Assembly (NCBI GenBank): GCA_963768055.1
Contig: CAVYGN010000002.1
Span: forward strand, 864,001-928,000
DNA length: 64,000 bases
Direction: 5' to 3'
From: an uncultured Spirochaetota bacterium
GTDB taxonomy: Bacteria; Spirochaetota; Brevinematia; Brevinematales; JAOACQ01
Each line of letters starts with the position of its first letter. The first letter of the stretch is position 1. The notes under the pieces were generated by a model, which searched no databases, was not told the origin of the DNA, and saw nothing but the letters and a program-made list of their open reading frames with translations. The translations under genes and the position numbers were made by a program. Positions 1 to 10,123 of this stretch are shown piece after piece.

Positions 1-231
1 GCCGAAGAGATAACCGCATGGCTTAAAAGGATAGACAATGTCCTCGGTTTTATACAGACCGGGGGGGAAGTCTCTCTGACCGATGAAGAGGAAGAAATGA
101 TCAGGCAGAGGACTCTGGCCAGGAAGAACGGCGAATATAAAAAAGCAGACGAGATAAGGGATAAGCTGCTTGGAGCGGGGATAGAGGTCAGGGACACCAA
201 GGACGGCTCGGTGTGGAAGAAGATCAGGTAA
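1..231 (+). CDS. cysS: Cysteinyl-tRNA synthetase, C-terminal end (partial)
   Basis: Frame 1 reads ...IRQRTLARKNGEYKKADEIRDKLLGAGIEVRDTKDGSVWKKIR*, the typical CysRS C-terminal motif (ADxIRDxL...G...DT..G..W). Confidence 0.9.
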   Translation, partial: AEEITAWLKRIDNVLGFIQTGGEVSLTDEEEEMIRQRTLARKNGEYKKADEIRDKLLGAGIEVRDTKDGSVWKKIR

Positions 232-345
232 TATTCAATTCCATGAATATTTCTGCTAAATCATTATCATTATATTTCGGGATTTCATTAAACCCGTATT
301 TTTTAAATATTGTTCTGGCTTTAAGAGATTTTTTCTTGTATCCAT
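224..345 (-). pseudogene. Frameshifted C-terminal relic of a GNAT acetyltransferase
   Basis: Minus strand reads MDTRKN(frameshift)LKARTIFKKYGFNEIPKYNDNDLAEIFMELNIT*, resembling GNAT motif B; no N-terminal part. Confidence 0.55.
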
Positions 346-376
346 TAGGGGTATAAAAACATCACTTTACGGCCCT

Positions 377-405
377 TTGCAGTGAGTTTCAATCTCTGCT
401 ATAAT
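377..405 (+). promoter_or_regulatory. Sigma70-type promoter with extended -10
   Basis: TTGCAG-17 nt-TATAAT with TG at 397-398. Confidence 0.5.
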
Positions 406-427
406 TTATAACGATTTTACATAAAAA

Positions 428-540
428 TGTCGTTTCGAGGATAACAGCCCTTAAAAGGGCTGTATGATGAGAAATCTTTCTTCGGAGAAGATTTCTCCCC
501 GCCCCTTTGGGGCGGGATAAACCCTTCGATCGAAATGACA
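428..540. repeat. Palindromic dispersed repeat, family 1, full copy
   Basis: Ends TGTCGTTTCGA/TCGAAATGACA; internal GAGAAATCT...AGATTTCTC and two GC-rich hairpins; left half nearly identical to 33583-33632. Confidence 0.85.
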
Positions 541-1272
541 AGGGGGTATAGAACGAGATACTTTATCGCCTTAACCGGCGGGCTTATCACTTTCATATCC
601 CCTTGCGTTTTGCCGCTTGTACCTGTATATATCGCCTATGTTTCAGGCGTTTCCGTGACCGAACTTGAGACGGGTTCAAAAGAAAAACCCGTATTCAGGA
701 TATTTTTAAACACCCTTTTTTTCGTGGCCGGATTTTCAATTGTTTTCAGCGCCCTTGCCGCGTTATTGTTCATATTTTTACAGTTTCTCGGGCCTTACAA
801 GGTTTGGCTTAACAGGCTGGCGGGGTTTGCGATAATAATCTTCGGCCTGCAGATGACGGGGGTCCTGAAATTATCCTTTTTGAACCGGGAGGCGAGGTTC
901 AGCCCTGTCAGAAAGAAAACTTCTCCTGTTTCATCTTTTATAATAGGCGCGGCTTTCGGGGGCGGCTGGACGCCATGCGTGGGGCCGGTATTAAGTTCGA
1001 TCCTTTTCACTTCGGCCTCCGGAAAGGGGGGAGCGGCGACTCCGGTGCTTCTTCTGCTGACATATTCGGCGGGTCTGGGAGTTCCCTTCATTCTCACGGG
1101 CATTTTAACAGGAAGCCTGCTTTCAGTGATGGGTGCGGTAAAAAAACATTACAGGGCGGTTGAAATTATCAGCGGCCTCTTTCTGATAGCCCTGGGATTA
1201 TTGCTAGCGACGGATTATATGGGCTATGTTTCAGGGTTGTTCTCTCAGTTAATTCCAGGCTTAAACGTTTAA
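535..1272 (+). CDS. ccdA: Cytochrome c biogenesis CcdA / DsbD transmembrane domain protein
   Basis: FISPCVLPLVP and GWTPCVGP redox-cysteine motifs, multiple TM helices; true start uncertain. Confidence 0.88.
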   Translation: MTRGYRTRYFIALTGGLITFISPCVLPLVPVYIAYVSGVSVTELETGSKEKPVFRIFLNTLFFVAGFSIVFSALAALLFIFLQFLGPYKVWLNRLAGFAIIIFGLQMTGVLKLSFLNREARFSPVRKKTSPVSSFIIGAAFGGGWTPCVGPVLSSILFTSASGKGGAATPVLLLLTYSAGLGVPFILTGILTGSLLSVMGAVKKHYRAVEIISGLFLIALGLLLATDYMGYVSGLFSQLIPGLNV

Positions 1273-1285
1273 CTATGCCGGATCG

Positions 1286-3250
1286 TTATGCCTTCGGCTT
1301 GTCTTCCTTAACCGGGGCTTTAAAACCCTGTCTGTTCAAATACTGCATTAATGTTGCCGCAAGCCCGTCCGCCGACGATACATTATCGCCCGATACCATA
1401 ATATTCGGAACAAAAGAAAGCCCCTTTTCGGCAAGTACCGTGACTGCGTTTACAAATGCCGTCTGTTCGCTTCCAAGCGCCTCCGCCTGCTCACGGAAGG
1501 CTTTTGCCCTGGCCATTCCGACCGCTTCAACCTCAGCCCCCTTTGCGGAACCTGTCTGACGGATATAAGTGGATTCGCCGTCGGCTTCGGCTTTTCTTGC
1601 GGTTGCATCGTTAGTTTTAATGTCCACTCCAACTTTGGAGCGGGCAAGTTCGCTCTGCATATCGGCGGTGCCTTTCGCATTTTCCATGGATATTCTCTGG
1701 TCCTGCGAATCTTTCTGGCGCTTGTAGGTCTCTATCTCCTGGTTCGCGATTTCACGCTCTGTCAATACCCGGACCAGGGTTTCAGGCAGGATCACATCCT
1801 GTATGTAGACGCCCTTTGTTTCTATCTCATACTGGTTCAATTGCTCCCTGATATGGTCGAAGGCTTCCTCCTGGACCTGCTGGCGGGTTTCGATAAAACG
1901 GATGGCGGGCATGCTCTGGAGCTTGTCGCGGAAGTGGTTCCCGACAGCGGCCTGAAGGACTTCATTTACAAGGTTCTGAATGGTGCCGACGATCGATATC
2001 ACCCTGGGTGCTTTTGTGTCGGGCACATGTATCTGGACCTGAAGGTCGATGTTGAATATGAATCCTTCACGGCTTTTCGCCTCGATCGACTTAAGAGCTG
2101 CATCGAGCCGGTGGGCCGAAGAGGTGGCTTCCGCCCAGTTCAGGGTAAGGATGAAGGTTGGGACGATTTCAGCCTCATAGCAGCGCGGGTTGATCGGATA
2201 TTTCCCTGTCCTGAGAGGTTCCTGCCATATGCCGCGGTGGCCCGGCCTTACAAGCGATCCGAATTTGAATTCCTCGCCGGAAATATCTTCAGTAGGAAGC
2301 CCCACATAAGATTTAATTACCGCGACCTGCCCCTGTTCGACTACAAGCATCGGGACGATCTCAACGCTGACCAGAAAAGGGTTAAGGTTGTATGCTCCGT
2401 ACATTAGCGGGTCATGCTGCAGCCCGATCTTCCCCCCATGGTCTAAAAAAGCCTGGAAGTCCTGGTAGTTATTGTGCAGGTTGTTTTTATTTCCAAAAAT
2501 GAGTTCCATCAGCCTCGAATCGGTTTCTTTTTTCTTTTCCATTTCGAGAACATCCGCATAACCCCCCAGGCGGCTGGCTATATCGCCAGATGGCAGAGGG
2601 TCGCCTTCATAAGTGGTTACGATGCCTATCATATCCATTGTTTTCCCGCTGGAGATAGGCTTTGGTTCGATACGGAGGACCTGGAGCTGCTGGGATTTGA
2701 GTCCGAAAGCCTCGGGCGTCAGTCCTTCTTTCCTGGATAAAGATTCCAGTTCCGGGGATATGGGAAGTCCGAAAACATTATCCTTTGTAATGATCAAAAA
2801 CGCGACCGGATGGACCGGTATAAGAGTTCCCGGCGGTAACGTAGGACGCTGAACTCCTTTCTGCCCGCCGTTTTTAATGAAGTTCTGCAGGTTGCTGAAA
2901 TTGCCGAGTTCTTTTTTATAGATTGCGGTTTTTGCTCCGACAGGCAGGGGTTCGCCGACCTGTGCGATTACAACGCCTATCTGCCCGGCGGGAATCTGGA
3001 CCCAGGGGTATTTGATGACCCTGTATAAAATCCACAGCTTGAAACGGATACCCGGCATCATCAAAGCGGCCTGGTATCCTGCTTCGCCGCGGAACGCGAC
3101 GGGGTTGCCCTCGGCAAGCCTTCTAAATGAAAAGCGTTTGATGATGAGGCCGACCTCGGTAGGCCCGATGAGGCGTAGCGATGGGAAAAATAAAATGACT
3201 ACCAGACCTATGATTATGTATATAAGCCAGGCCGTATTTTCCGGATTCAT
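1286..3250 (-). CDS. SPFH/band-7 (flotillin-like) membrane protein
   Basis: N-terminal TM, SPFH core, Ala/Glu-rich coiled-coil tail; RBS GGAGG upstream. Confidence 0.85.
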   Translation of the reverse strand: MNPENTAWLIYIIIGLVVILFFPSLRLIGPTEVGLIIKRFSFRRLAEGNPVAFRGEAGYQAALMMPGIRFKLWILYRVIKYPWVQIPAGQIGVVIAQVGEPLPVGAKTAIYKKELGNFSNLQNFIKNGGQKGVQRPTLPPGTLIPVHPVAFLIITKDNVFGLPISPELESLSRKEGLTPEAFGLKSQQLQVLRIEPKPISSGKTMDMIGIVTTYEGDPLPSGDIASRLGGYADVLEMEKKKETDSRLMELIFGNKNNLHNNYQDFQAFLDHGGKIGLQHDPLMYGAYNLNPFLVSVEIVPMLVVEQGQVAVIKSYVGLPTEDISGEEFKFGSLVRPGHRGIWQEPLRTGKYPINPRCYEAEIVPTFILTLNWAEATSSAHRLDAALKSIEAKSREGFIFNIDLQVQIHVPDTKAPRVISIVGTIQNLVNEVLQAAVGNHFRDKLQSMPAIRFIETRQQVQEEAFDHIREQLNQYEIETKGVYIQDVILPETLVRVLTEREIANQEIETYKRQKDSQDQRISMENAKGTADMQSELARSKVGVDIKTNDATARKAEADGESTYIRQTGSAKGAEVEAVGMARAKAFREQAEALGSEQTAFVNAVTVLAEKGLSFVPNIMVSGDNVSSADGLAATLMQYLNRQGFKAPVKEDKPKA

Positions 3251-3421
3251 AAAGCCCTCCTGTGTTAATTTAATAATTATATAACGATTAGATCGATTAT
3301 TCCAATATATTTCTTTTGAACTGGTCTATTGCATAATTTTTCCTGTTGAACTAAAATAATCAGCACCCTGGGGGCGTTTATATATTTCAAAAAATATAAT
3401 ATTTGATAAAAGGAGTTCGTT

Positions 3422-4576
3422 ATGAAAAAACTTTTATGCTTATTGCCGGTTCTGGCTGCTATGGTCGGTTTTATGCCGGTTTTATCCTTTTCCGCGGATA
3501 ATACGATCAAAATCGGAGCAATTTTTTCTGTAACCGGCCCCGCGGCTTACCTTGGCGCGCCGGAGTCAAAAACAGCGGTCATGCTTGTTGGTGAAATCAA
3601 CAATAACGGCGGCATTAACGGAATGAAAGTCGAGCTGATAATAAAGGATTCAGGCGGAAGTCCGGAGAAAGCCGTATCCTTTGCGAAACAGCTTATAGAA
3701 GAGGACAAAGTCGTAGCTATTATCGGCCCTACAACAAGCGGTGAATCGCTGGCTATTAAAGACCTTTGCGAGAAAATGAAAATGCCCTTATTTTCCTGCG
3801 CCGCCGCAGAAAAGATTGTCAATCCTGTCGCTCATTATGTTTTTAAAACCCCTCAGAATGACAGCATTGTTGTTAAATGGATTTATGAAACAATGAAAAA
3901 GAAGGGCATCAAAAAGATAGCGGTTGTTGCGTCCAACACAGGCTTCGGCAACGGAGGGATGGACCAGCTTAAAAAATATGCCGCCGAATACGGTATTACT
4001 ATAGTCATATCTGAGACCTACGATAAAGATTCGACAGACCTTACGGCCTTGCTGACAAAGGTTAAATCGACAGATGCGGAAGCTCTGGTAAACTGGTCGA
4101 TCGAACCTGCCCAATCCATTGTAGCTAAAAACCTTAGGCAGCTCAACATGACAATGCCTCTATTCCAGAGCCATGGATTCGGCAACATTAAATATGTCGA
4201 AGCGGCAGGCGAAGCCGCGGAAGGCATAATATTTCCATGCGGAAGGCTGTTAGTTGCTGAAGAACTTCCCGATTCGAATCCCCAGAAGAAGATCCTTGTG
4301 GCATATAAAACAGAATATGAAAAGAAATACGGCGAACAGGTAAGCACATTCGGCGGCCATGCCTATGATGCGATTCTTATCCTCAAAACAGCCATTGAGA
4401 ACGCAAAAAGTACCGACAGGGATAAAATCGTCGACACCGTTGAAAATCTCAAGGGCCTGCCGGGTACTGCCGGAATATTTAACTTTTCACCGGAAGACCA
4501 CAATGGCCTTTCAATGGATGCCATTGTTATGCTGACCGTTAAGAATGGAAAATTTACCCTATATAAGGACAAATAA
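3422..4576 (+). CDS. Liv-family ABC transporter substrate-binding protein
   Basis: Signal peptide, IKIGAIFSVTGPAAYLG, GGING. Confidence 0.9.
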   Translation: MKKLLCLLPVLAAMVGFMPVLSFSADNTIKIGAIFSVTGPAAYLGAPESKTAVMLVGEINNNGGINGMKVELIIKDSGGSPEKAVSFAKQLIEEDKVVAIIGPTTSGESLAIKDLCEKMKMPLFSCAAAEKIVNPVAHYVFKTPQNDSIVVKWIYETMKKKGIKKIAVVASNTGFGNGGMDQLKKYAAEYGITIVISETYDKDSTDLTALLTKVKSTDAEALVNWSIEPAQSIVAKNLRQLNMTMPLFQSHGFGNIKYVEAAGEAAEGIIFPCGRLLVAEELPDSNPQKKILVAYKTEYEKKYGEQVSTFGGHAYDAILILKTAIENAKSTDRDKIVDTVENLKGLPGTAGIFNFSPEDHNGLSMDAIVMLTVKNGKFTLYKDK

Positions 4577-4612
4577 GTTACAGTCTGAATTTTGTTGATT
4601 TAGAATCCGGAT

Positions 4613-5677
4613 ATGAGTTTTGATTTATTTCTTCAGTATTTTTTTTCAGGCTTGACCTACGGATGCATCTATGCAATAGCGGCGATAGGGTTTAATATTA
4701 TCTATAACTCCACGGGAATAATAAATTTCGCACAGGGCGAGTTTGTTATGCTCGGCGGCATGATTGCGTTTACATTTTCTCAATTTATGCCTCTCACCGC
4801 CGCTATCTCGATCGCCGTTATCATTACCGCTTTAATCGGTTCGATCATAGAATTTATTTTTATTCGAAGCATTTACAGATTGACCCTCTTTCACCTGAAC
4901 ATATTCGCGGCAGGCCTTGCAATACTTTGCGCATCGGTTATCTTCGATAGCATTATAGCCGAAGTCATTTCCATTATTTCGGTCCTCTCGATAGTAAACT
5001 GCCTGTGGATATTTTCAAAAAAAATCCGTAATTTCGCCGGGAAAGTCCATAAACCTTCAGTTCTGCAGATGATTATTATAACTATCGGGCTTTCGATAAT
5101 CCTTCGTGAAATCGCGCTCCATATCTGGGGAGAACAGGTGAGGACTATTCCCTATTTTACGGGCAATGAAGTAACATCGATAAATATTATGGGGGCTTAC
5201 TTTTCCCCCCAGATAATATGGGTCCTTTGCATAACAGCCCTTATAGTGGCCGGGCTTTCACTGTTTTTCAAGTTCTCAATTACAGGCCAGGCGATGCGCG
5301 GGTGTTCCGCCAGCAGGGAGGGTGCGCAGCTCTGCGGGATAAATACTCGATTTATGATAAACCTGTCTTTTGCACTCAGCGCGGGGATAGGTGCCCTGGC
5401 CGGCTGCGCTGTTGCGCCGCTTACCCAGACGCATTACGATATAGGGACAGACCTTGCCGTAAAAGGCTTTACCGTAGCCGTATTGGGAGGGCTGGGTAAC
5501 AGTTACGGAGCAGTATTTGCCGGGCTTTTCCTTGGAATACTCGAGGCTTATACGATAACTATTTACCCTGAAGCGTATAAAGGGGTAATAACAATTATAA
5601 TATTGTTAATTGTACTGTTTATCCGGCCTAACGGAATTTTTGGTTCAAGGAATATAAGTTCGTTAAAGGAATATTAA
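4613..5677 (+). CDS. livH: LivH-type ABC permease with internal insertion
   Basis: INFAQGEFVMLGG, VLGGLG. Confidence 0.85.
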   Translation: MSFDLFLQYFFSGLTYGCIYAIAAIGFNIIYNSTGIINFAQGEFVMLGGMIAFTFSQFMPLTAAISIAVIITALIGSIIEFIFIRSIYRLTLFHLNIFAAGLAILCASVIFDSIIAEVISIISVLSIVNCLWIFSKKIRNFAGKVHKPSVLQMIIITIGLSIILREIALHIWGEQVRTIPYFTGNEVTSINIMGAYFSPQIIWVLCITALIVAGLSLFFKFSITGQAMRGCSASREGAQLCGINTRFMINLSFALSAGIGALAGCAVAPLTQTHYDIGTDLAVKGFTVAVLGGLGNSYGAVFAGLFLGILEAYTITIYPEAYKGVITIIILLIVLFIRPNGIFGSRNISSLKEY

Positions 5678-5678
5678 T

Positions 5679-6731
5679 ATGGATCTCAAGCGCTATGGAC
5701 TGGCCGGAATTTTAGCGGCGGCTGTAATATTATTACCCCTGGCCACTTCTCTTTTCGGCGTTAATTTTTATCTCACCCAGCTTACAATGTCGGCTTATTA
5801 TATAGTAGCTGCGCTGGGACTTTGCGTGCTTATGGGCTATGCCGGGCAGATATCCCTTGGACAGGCGGCTTTTTTCGCTATCGGCGGGTATACTTCCGCT
5901 TTAATCACGACTTTGAATTTTATCGAATATTCCAGGGTCCCTATTGTCAAATTCTTAAGCGCGGCGGGTTTCCTCCTGCAGGGTAATAGTATTTACGGCG
6001 ATAAAGTTCTTTATCTTTCCTCCTGGATAGGATTTGCCTCGGCTTTGATTTTAACGGCTTTAATCGCGTTTCTTATAGGAATACCGGTATTAAAGCTTAA
6101 GGGGCACTACCTGGCCATGGCCACGCTCGGTTTCGGAGTTATAATTGAAAAAATCGTACGAGGAACCAAGTTGTTCGGCGGTGCTGACGGAATAACAAAT
6201 GTTCCGGCTTTCATCATTATGCCGGGGCTTACTGTAAGTTCGGAAATGCAGGACAGGATTATCAATTATTTTATAGCCTGGTTTATTATTATTTTAGTCA
6301 TGGTACTGCTTAACAATTTAACCGATTCCAGGGCGGGAAGAGCTATGCGTGCACTTCATGGAAATGAAGACGCCGCCCTGTCGATGGGAATAAACACATC
6401 ACGGTACAAAATATATGCGTTTGTGATCGGAGCCGTTTTAGCGGCTGCTGCGGGAATAATGGAAACCCATTATAACGGGAGCATAGGGCCGGGAGAAGCC
6501 AGTGTAATGAAATCCGTAAGGTATGCGGCTATAGTGGCTCTCGGCGGAAAGGACAATCTTTGGGGGACTCTCGCCTTCGGGCTGATACTTAATTTTTTGT
6601 CGCTCAGGGGGGTGTTCGGGAGTTTTGACGACGCTGTATTCGGGGCGGTCCTTATCCTTGTGATGATCTTTGCCCCCGACGGTTTCAAATTTATAAAAAA
6701 AAATGAGGGCAAGATAGATGCGGCATCTTGA
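5679..6731 (+). CDS. livM: LivM-type ABC permease
   Basis: GYAGQISLGQAAF, LKGHYLAMATLGF. Confidence 0.87.
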   Translation: MDLKRYGLAGILAAAVILLPLATSLFGVNFYLTQLTMSAYYIVAALGLCVLMGYAGQISLGQAAFFAIGGYTSALITTLNFIEYSRVPIVKFLSAAGFLLQGNSIYGDKVLYLSSWIGFASALILTALIAFLIGIPVLKLKGHYLAMATLGFGVIIEKIVRGTKLFGGADGITNVPAFIIMPGLTVSSEMQDRIINYFIAWFIIILVMVLLNNLTDSRAGRAMRALHGNEDAALSMGINTSRYKIYAFVIGAVLAAAAGIMETHYNGSIGPGEASVMKSVRYAAIVALGGKDNLWGTLAFGLILNFLSLRGVFGSFDDAVFGAVLILVMIFAPDGFKFIKKNEGKIDAAS

Positions 6732-7482
6732 AATAAAGGAATTGAATAAACATTTCGGCGGCCTGCATGCCCTCGACAGGGTGAGTTTTAATGTCAGGGA
6801 GGGCATCATAAAGTCTGTTATAGGCCCGAACGGCGCAGGCAAGACCACGTTGTTCAACCTCATTTCGGGAGTTATACCCGCAGATTCGGGCCGTGTTAAA
6901 TACAGGGGGGAGAATATAACGAATTATAGGCCTTATCAAATCGCTTCAAGGGGGATTATAAGGACCTTTCAGAATTTAAAATTATTTCCCCGTATGACAG
7001 TGCTTGAAAATGTGATGGTCGGCAGGCATATCCGTTCGTCCGCCGGGCTTTTCTCAGCCTTCCTCGGACTTCCCGGGGGCAGGAAGGAGGAAAAATCTAT
7101 AAAGGAAGAGGCGCAGAAGGCCATTGAACTGCTGGGTTTGAAAGATGTTTGGTCTAAAGACGCTTCAAGCCTCCCCTTCGGTACTCAGCGGTCTGTCGAG
7201 CTTGCCAGGGCTATTGTAGCGGAACCCGGCCTGATGCTCCTGGACGAACCCGCATCGGGACTTAATATTTATGAAACTAAAAAGCTATCGGAGCTTATTT
7301 TAAAGATCCGGGGTATGGGGGTAACCATATTGCTTGTGGAGCATGATATGTCGGTCGTTATGGACATATCCGACGAGATTGCAGTATTGAATTTCGGGAA
7401 AAAGATAGCCGAAGGAAAACCGAACGAGATACAGTTAAATAAAGAAGTTATAAAAATATATCTTGGCGAAGAAAATGCTTAA
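6718..7482 (+). CDS. livG: LivG-type ABC ATPase
   Basis: GPNGAGKTT, RTFQ, LLDEPASGL. Confidence 0.9.
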   Translation: MRHLEIKELNKHFGGLHALDRVSFNVREGIIKSVIGPNGAGKTTLFNLISGVIPADSGRVKYRGENITNYRPYQIASRGIIRTFQNLKLFPRMTVLENVMVGRHIRSSAGLFSAFLGLPGGRKEEKSIKEEAQKAIELLGLKDVWSKDASSLPFGTQRSVELARAIVAEPGLMLLDEPASGLNIYETKKLSELILKIRGMGVTILLVEHDMSVVMDISDEIAVLNFGKKIAEGKPNEIQLNKEVIKIYLGEENA

Positions 7483-8209
7483 AATAAGAAACCTTGAATC
7501 GGGATATGGCGGATTAAGGGTTTTAAAGGGAATATCCCTGCATGTCTCGCCGGGAGAGATAGTCGCTATTATAGGGTCGAACGGCGCGGGAAAATCGACT
7601 TTATTAAATACGATATCGGGCCTGGTCGACATTTTCGCGGGAAGTCTGCATTACAGGGAAAGGGATATATCGAATCTTACTCCCGACAGAATAGTCTCGT
7701 TAGGCCTAACACTCGTGGCCGAGGGTAGAAAATTATTCTCACCCATGACTGTAAAGGAAAATCTTACTCTCGGCGGTTATATTTTACATAAAAAGAGGAA
7801 TATAAAAAAATTTAAAGAAGAACTGTCCCGGATTTACGCCTTATTACCGGTTCTAAAAGAAAGGGAAAACCAGCTCGCAGGGACGCTGTCCGGAGGCGAA
7901 CAGCAAATGCTTGCAATAGGGAGGGCTCTCATGAGCGGTCCCAGCATGATCATGATGGATGAGCCTTCCCTCGGACTTGCTCCGCTTATTATAAAAGATA
8001 TATTCAATGTTATCAGCAGGCTCAGGGAAGAGGGGAAAACTGTTCTTGTAGTAGAACAGAACGCTAAGGCTATATTGAAGATCGCGGACAGGGGATATGT
8101 AATGGAGACAGGTAGCCTTATCCTGGAAGGTACAAGCCGGGAACTTCTTAATAACCGGGATGTTCAGCGGGCTTATCTGGGCAAGGAATATAAATCCATC
8201 GCCGATTAA
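7475..8209 (+). CDS. livF: LivF-type ABC ATPase
   Basis: GSNGAGKST, LSGGEQQMLA, DEPSLGLAP; ATG at 7475 preferred. Confidence 0.9.
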   Translation: MLKIRNLESGYGGLRVLKGISLHVSPGEIVAIIGSNGAGKSTLLNTISGLVDIFAGSLHYRERDISNLTPDRIVSLGLTLVAEGRKLFSPMTVKENLTLGGYILHKKRNIKKFKEELSRIYALLPVLKERENQLAGTLSGGEQQMLAIGRALMSGPSMIMMDEPSLGLAPLIIKDIFNVISRLREEGKTVLVVEQNAKAILKIADRGYVMETGSLILEGTSRELLNNRDVQRAYLGKEYKSIAD

Positions 8210-8220
8210 GGAGGCCTAAA

Positions 8221-9510
8221 ATGATTTATGATAAGAATCTTGAATGCATGGACAGGGATGATCTTGAGCAGCTCCAGATAGAAAGGCTCCAGACGACGCT
8301 TTTTCGCGTCTATCAGAATGTGTCTTTTTACAAGGATTCCTATGACAGGAATAATATCAATATCGAAAAGATAAAATCCATAAAGGACCTGTCCGGCCTC
8401 CCTTTTACAATAAGGGATGATCTGAGGCTTTCCTATCCCTACGGAATGTTCGCCGTACCGCTGAGGGATATCGTGAGGATACATTCCACATCCGGAACCA
8501 CAGGCAAGGCTATCGTGGTCGGATATACCGTTAACGATATAACTAACTGGACTTCGCTTATAGCCAGGATGCTGACAGCTGTCGGGATCACGGAGCATGA
8601 TTTTGTTCAGATTGCGTTTCATTACAGCCTTTCTTCAGCGGGGTTGGGGTTTCACTACGGGGCTGAAAAGATAGGCGCATCAGTCATACCTTCCTCCAGT
8701 GAAAACGTCTACCGCCAGATTCAGATAATGAAAGACTATAAAACCACGACCCTTATAAGCACACCCGGCTATGCCCTGCATATAAGCAAAGTTATGGAGG
8801 AGATGAATGTACATCCGGAAGAACTCAATCTCAGGACCGGTCTTTTCGGGGCGGAACCATGGAGCGAAAAACTCAGAAAACAGATAGAGCGGGGCCTGCA
8901 TTTAGAGGCCTATGATAATTACGGCCTGACCGAACTGATAGGACCGGGTATTTCATTCGAATGCCCTCAAAAAAAAGGGCTTCATATTAACGAGGACCAT
9001 TTCATAGTCGAGGTAATCGATCCTAAGTCGCTTCAAAACCTCGGATTCGGCGAAGAAGGCGAACTTGTTTTTACAACCATCACAAAACAGGGTTTCCCTT
9101 TAATACGCTACAGAACGGGTGATATAGCATCGCTTATCAATGGTAAATGCGATTGCGGGAGGACCCTTGTAAGGATGAACAGGCTGTCAGGCAGAACTGA
9201 CGATATGATAATAATCGATGGAGTCAATATTTTTCCTTCCCAGATCGAGGAAATCATTCTCAGGATTGAAGGCGTCGAACCCCATTATCTCATAATCCTG
9301 GACAGGAAAGACGGCCTTGAAACAATGGAAATCCAGATCGAGGCTTCGGGGTTCGACGAAATGAGGGAACTCGATAAGCTAAGGTCGAAACTTCAATTAC
9401 AGCTTGAAACTACGCTTGGTATTAAGCCGAAAATAACACTTGTAGAGCCGAAGACAATTAAGCGCTCGGACGGCAAGAAGCTGAAAAGGATCATAGATAA
9501 GAGGGAATAA
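8221..9510 (+). CDS. paaK: Phenylacetate-CoA ligase family protein
   Basis: HSTSGTTG, YGLTE, IRYRTGD, GRTDDM. Confidence 0.85.
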   Translation: MIYDKNLECMDRDDLEQLQIERLQTTLFRVYQNVSFYKDSYDRNNINIEKIKSIKDLSGLPFTIRDDLRLSYPYGMFAVPLRDIVRIHSTSGTTGKAIVVGYTVNDITNWTSLIARMLTAVGITEHDFVQIAFHYSLSSAGLGFHYGAEKIGASVIPSSSENVYRQIQIMKDYKTTTLISTPGYALHISKVMEEMNVHPEELNLRTGLFGAEPWSEKLRKQIERGLHLEAYDNYGLTELIGPGISFECPQKKGLHINEDHFIVEVIDPKSLQNLGFGEEGELVFTTITKQGFPLIRYRTGDIASLINGKCDCGRTLVRMNRLSGRTDDMIIIDGVNIFPSQIEEIILRIEGVEPHYLIILDRKDGLETMEIQIEASGFDEMRELDKLRSKLQLQLETTLGIKPKITLVEPKTIKRSDGKKLKRIIDKRE

Positions 9511-9848
9511 TGAGGCCCGTTCAAACAACATAAAGCCTGTATGGAGTCAATTTTTATCTCGCTGTGAATCGAAAACTTGAACTGCATCATCTCAAAACGG
9601 TGGCAAGCGCGGATTGAATGCTTTTTTTATTTAAGAAAATTTTTATTATCTGTAAGAACAGACTAATAACATTTACGTTCCCCGATACGCGCTTGCTGTC
9701 ACCGTTTTTCGATGGCAGTTCCTCGCCTTACGGGCACAAGCGCTTACTTCATAATGCGCGTAAAAAAATTAACATCAAGAATCGCTTATTTCATTTATTT
9801 CCGAGAAATGGGACTGGGTATTTCTGGATAATTTTCAACATGCAGCTT

Positions 9849-9890
9849 TGTCATTTCGAGCGCAGCGTTTATCCTGTAAGGGAGAAATCT
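9849..9890. repeat. Family-1 repeat, half copy
   Basis: TGTCATTTCGAGCGCAGCGTTTATC...GAGAAATCT. Confidence 0.75.
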
Positions 9891-9939
9891 TCCCTGACTC
9901 TCGACTTTCAACTTGCTTAAAATAAATATTTCTGAAATA

Positions 9940-9968
9940 TTGACATTTTTATGACCCATGTCTATATT
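9940..9968 (+). promoter_or_regulatory. Sigma70-type promoter for the GH26 gene
   Basis: TTGACA-17 nt-TATATT. Confidence 0.6.
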
Positions 9969-10123
9969 TAATACTGAGGGAAGAGCAGGTTTCTTACCGG
10001 GCCGGAATATCCGGCATCCTCATTAATCGAATAAAAAAACAAAAATCTTTAATAATATATATTTAATGACAGAGAGACTTCCTTCAATTTAAAAACAAAA
10101 AATTAAATTGGAGAGGTCCGGCT

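Noticed and set aside
9618..9920. 100-aa ORF in the paaK-GH26 gap
   Set aside because: No RBS, and it runs through a palindrome and a family-1 repeat; probably spurious
9975..10022. Purine riboswitch (GTTTCTTACCGG)
   Set aside because: Lacks the conserved loops and stem lengths; downstream gene is unrelated
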